IMG/VR virus record: IMGVR_UViG_3300032331_000527
Location: 1 to 64,000 of that record
Length of the DNA stretch: 64,000 nucleotides
Strand: one strand, 5' to 3'
Origin: a virus
The notes beneath the pieces were generated by a model that was given only the letters and a program-made list of their open reading frames with translations, ran no database searches and was not told the DNA's origin. The translations under genes were made by a program, and so were the position numbers. This document shows positions 62,842 through 64,000 of this stretch, in pieces (position 1 is the stretch's first letter; each line of letters starts with the position of its first letter).

Positions 62842-63683
62842 TTAATTTTCCATAGATCTAAGAACTCTATTAGATCTGCTCTTTTGCCAAAACTATAACC
62901 AGGTTTCGCCGTTTTCATACCGGAACTCATACTGATCTTTCGAGCTAGCTCACGGAACTCTTTATCGAACTCATATCCCAATATAGGACGATATTCTATC
63001 CCGTACAACTTACACTTCCACATGTCCACAGGTTCTTTGTCATCGTAGATAGCGTCTATCATAGCATAGGCTATCTCTAGTGTGTACATGAAAAATGGAA
63101 TTGTGTACTGTTCGCCTACGAAACACTCGTTATAACTATCCCACTCGTTCATCATTGGACGAAGCCTAACTTCTCCGTCTTCGTCGGGCTTTTCACCTTC
63201 AATCATATGTTCGCCAATAATCAATACGCCATCATTGTCTCTTGCGTATCTACAGGCGTGGATAGAAGGGATTGAAAAAATACCATATCCAAGTATCTTC
63301 TTTATCACTTCCTCATAGTATATACTGAGATACTCGCTATTGTCAAGATTTAATACGATGGGCTCGATATTAAGTTTCTTACACAGCTCAAAGGCGTATC
63401 TAAGTTCTTTTTCGTTACCCGAAGTCTTTACGATAATCACTTCAAAGGGAATATTGTTACGATGGAAACATTGGGTAACGAAAATAGAATCTGCGCCTCC
63501 GCTAAGAGCGACGTAAATCTTCTTGTTTTTTTCGTAGATTTTTTTGGCTGTGTAATCCGCGGCGTCTTGAAAGCTCATCTCTCGAAATGGATATGGGCGC
63601 AAACGAACATAGTACGCCATTCCTTTGACGAGCAATCGTTCGTAGATGTTGGTATCTACCCAGTCATTTTCGGTTGCCATCAA
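62838..63683 (-). CDS. PP-loop family protein
   Basis: IYVALSGGADS, IIGE, PFF.YT.E. Confidence 0.7.
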   Translation of the reverse strand: MMATENDWVDTNIYERLLVKGMAYYVRLRPYPFREMSFQDAADYTAKKIYEKNKKIYVALSGGADSIFVTQCFHRNNIPFEVIIVKTSGNEKELRYAFELCKKLNIEPIVLNLDNSEYLSIYYEEVIKKILGYGIFSIPSIHACRYARDNDGVLIIGEHMIEGEKPDEDGEVRLRPMMNEWDSYNECFVGEQYTIPFFMYTLEIAYAMIDAIYDDKEPVDMWKCKLYGIEYRPILGYEFDKEFRELARKISMSSGMKTAKPGYSFGKRADLIEFLDLWKIK

Positions 63684-63999
63684 ATCCCTTCCAAGTACCG
63701 AATATCAAATCCCACACAGGGATAAACACACCATAATTACGAGTCGGGTCTTGGTGATGGATTAGATGCCACTTACCACTGGTAAGGAACGGATAAAGAT
63801 TAATGCGTTTGTTGTGTTCTATAGCTTCCTGAATGAAAGCAGCCCAAACATAATAAGCTACGAATAACCACCAATGACCTGTTACAGCACTAATTATAAA
63901 GGTTGGGATCACCTCTGTCAACCACTGATCTACGGTACTGTTTATCGTATCAAACCAAAGAAATGCGTTCTTCCAGCTCAATCCCTGTATCGTAGCATT
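63664..63999 (-). CDS. Fatty acid hydroxylase/sterol desaturase family, 3' part (open to window end)
   Basis: EH, WHLIHH, NYG....WD.IFGT; frame has no stop up to 64000. Confidence 0.8.
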   Translation of the reverse strand, partial: NATIQGLSWKNAFLWFDTINSTVDQWLTEVIPTFIISAVTGHWWLFVAYYVWAAFIQEAIEHNKRINLYPFLTSGKWHLIHHQDPTRNYGVFIPVWDLIFGTWKGFDGNRK

Positions 64000-64000
64000 C

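Noticed and set aside
1-64000. Alternative genetic code / stop-codon reassignment
   Set aside because: Core genes translate full-length in the standard code, and TAA, TAG and TGA are all used as stops

Overview
This window is 64 kb of a large T4-like myovirus genome (Tevenvirinae/Kyanoviridae-like gene order), almost all on the minus strand. The host is probably an alphaproteobacterium, inferred from the DUF1127 protein, IbpA-type Hsp20, bS21 and curli genes. Left to right it holds: the replication/recombination module (uvsX 5' end, gp43, regA, gp62, gp44, gp45) with an embedded lysis cassette and hsp20; an early region (bS21, MoxR/CobS AAA+ with a VWA-peptidase, small ORFs, repeated TTGACA-N17-TAnnnT promoters); a CmoA-like enzyme plus C5-cytosine methyltransferase; def, gp46/47, gp55, uvsW and uvsY; head genes gp3, gp23, gp22 and gp21; a ~14 kb glycine-rich/LamG/collagen fibre island inserted beside the portal gene; gp20 to gp13; a late curli-like operon (CsgF/CsgG/curlin/FecR) ending in a CHASE2 adenylate cyclase; and a 2OG-oxygenase/TctC/PP-loop/desaturase cluster. 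The best candidate for an unusual system is the CmoA + methyltransferase pair: its motif X reads GRMV instead of GNxV, consistent with DNA 5-carboxymethylcytosine. Other highlights are an unannotated DUF1127 gene, a ROSE-like thermometer before hsp20, AUG at +1 of most intergenic early promoters, and a perfect antisense sigma70 promoter aimed at late genes. All calls come from reading motifs by eye; no searches were run.
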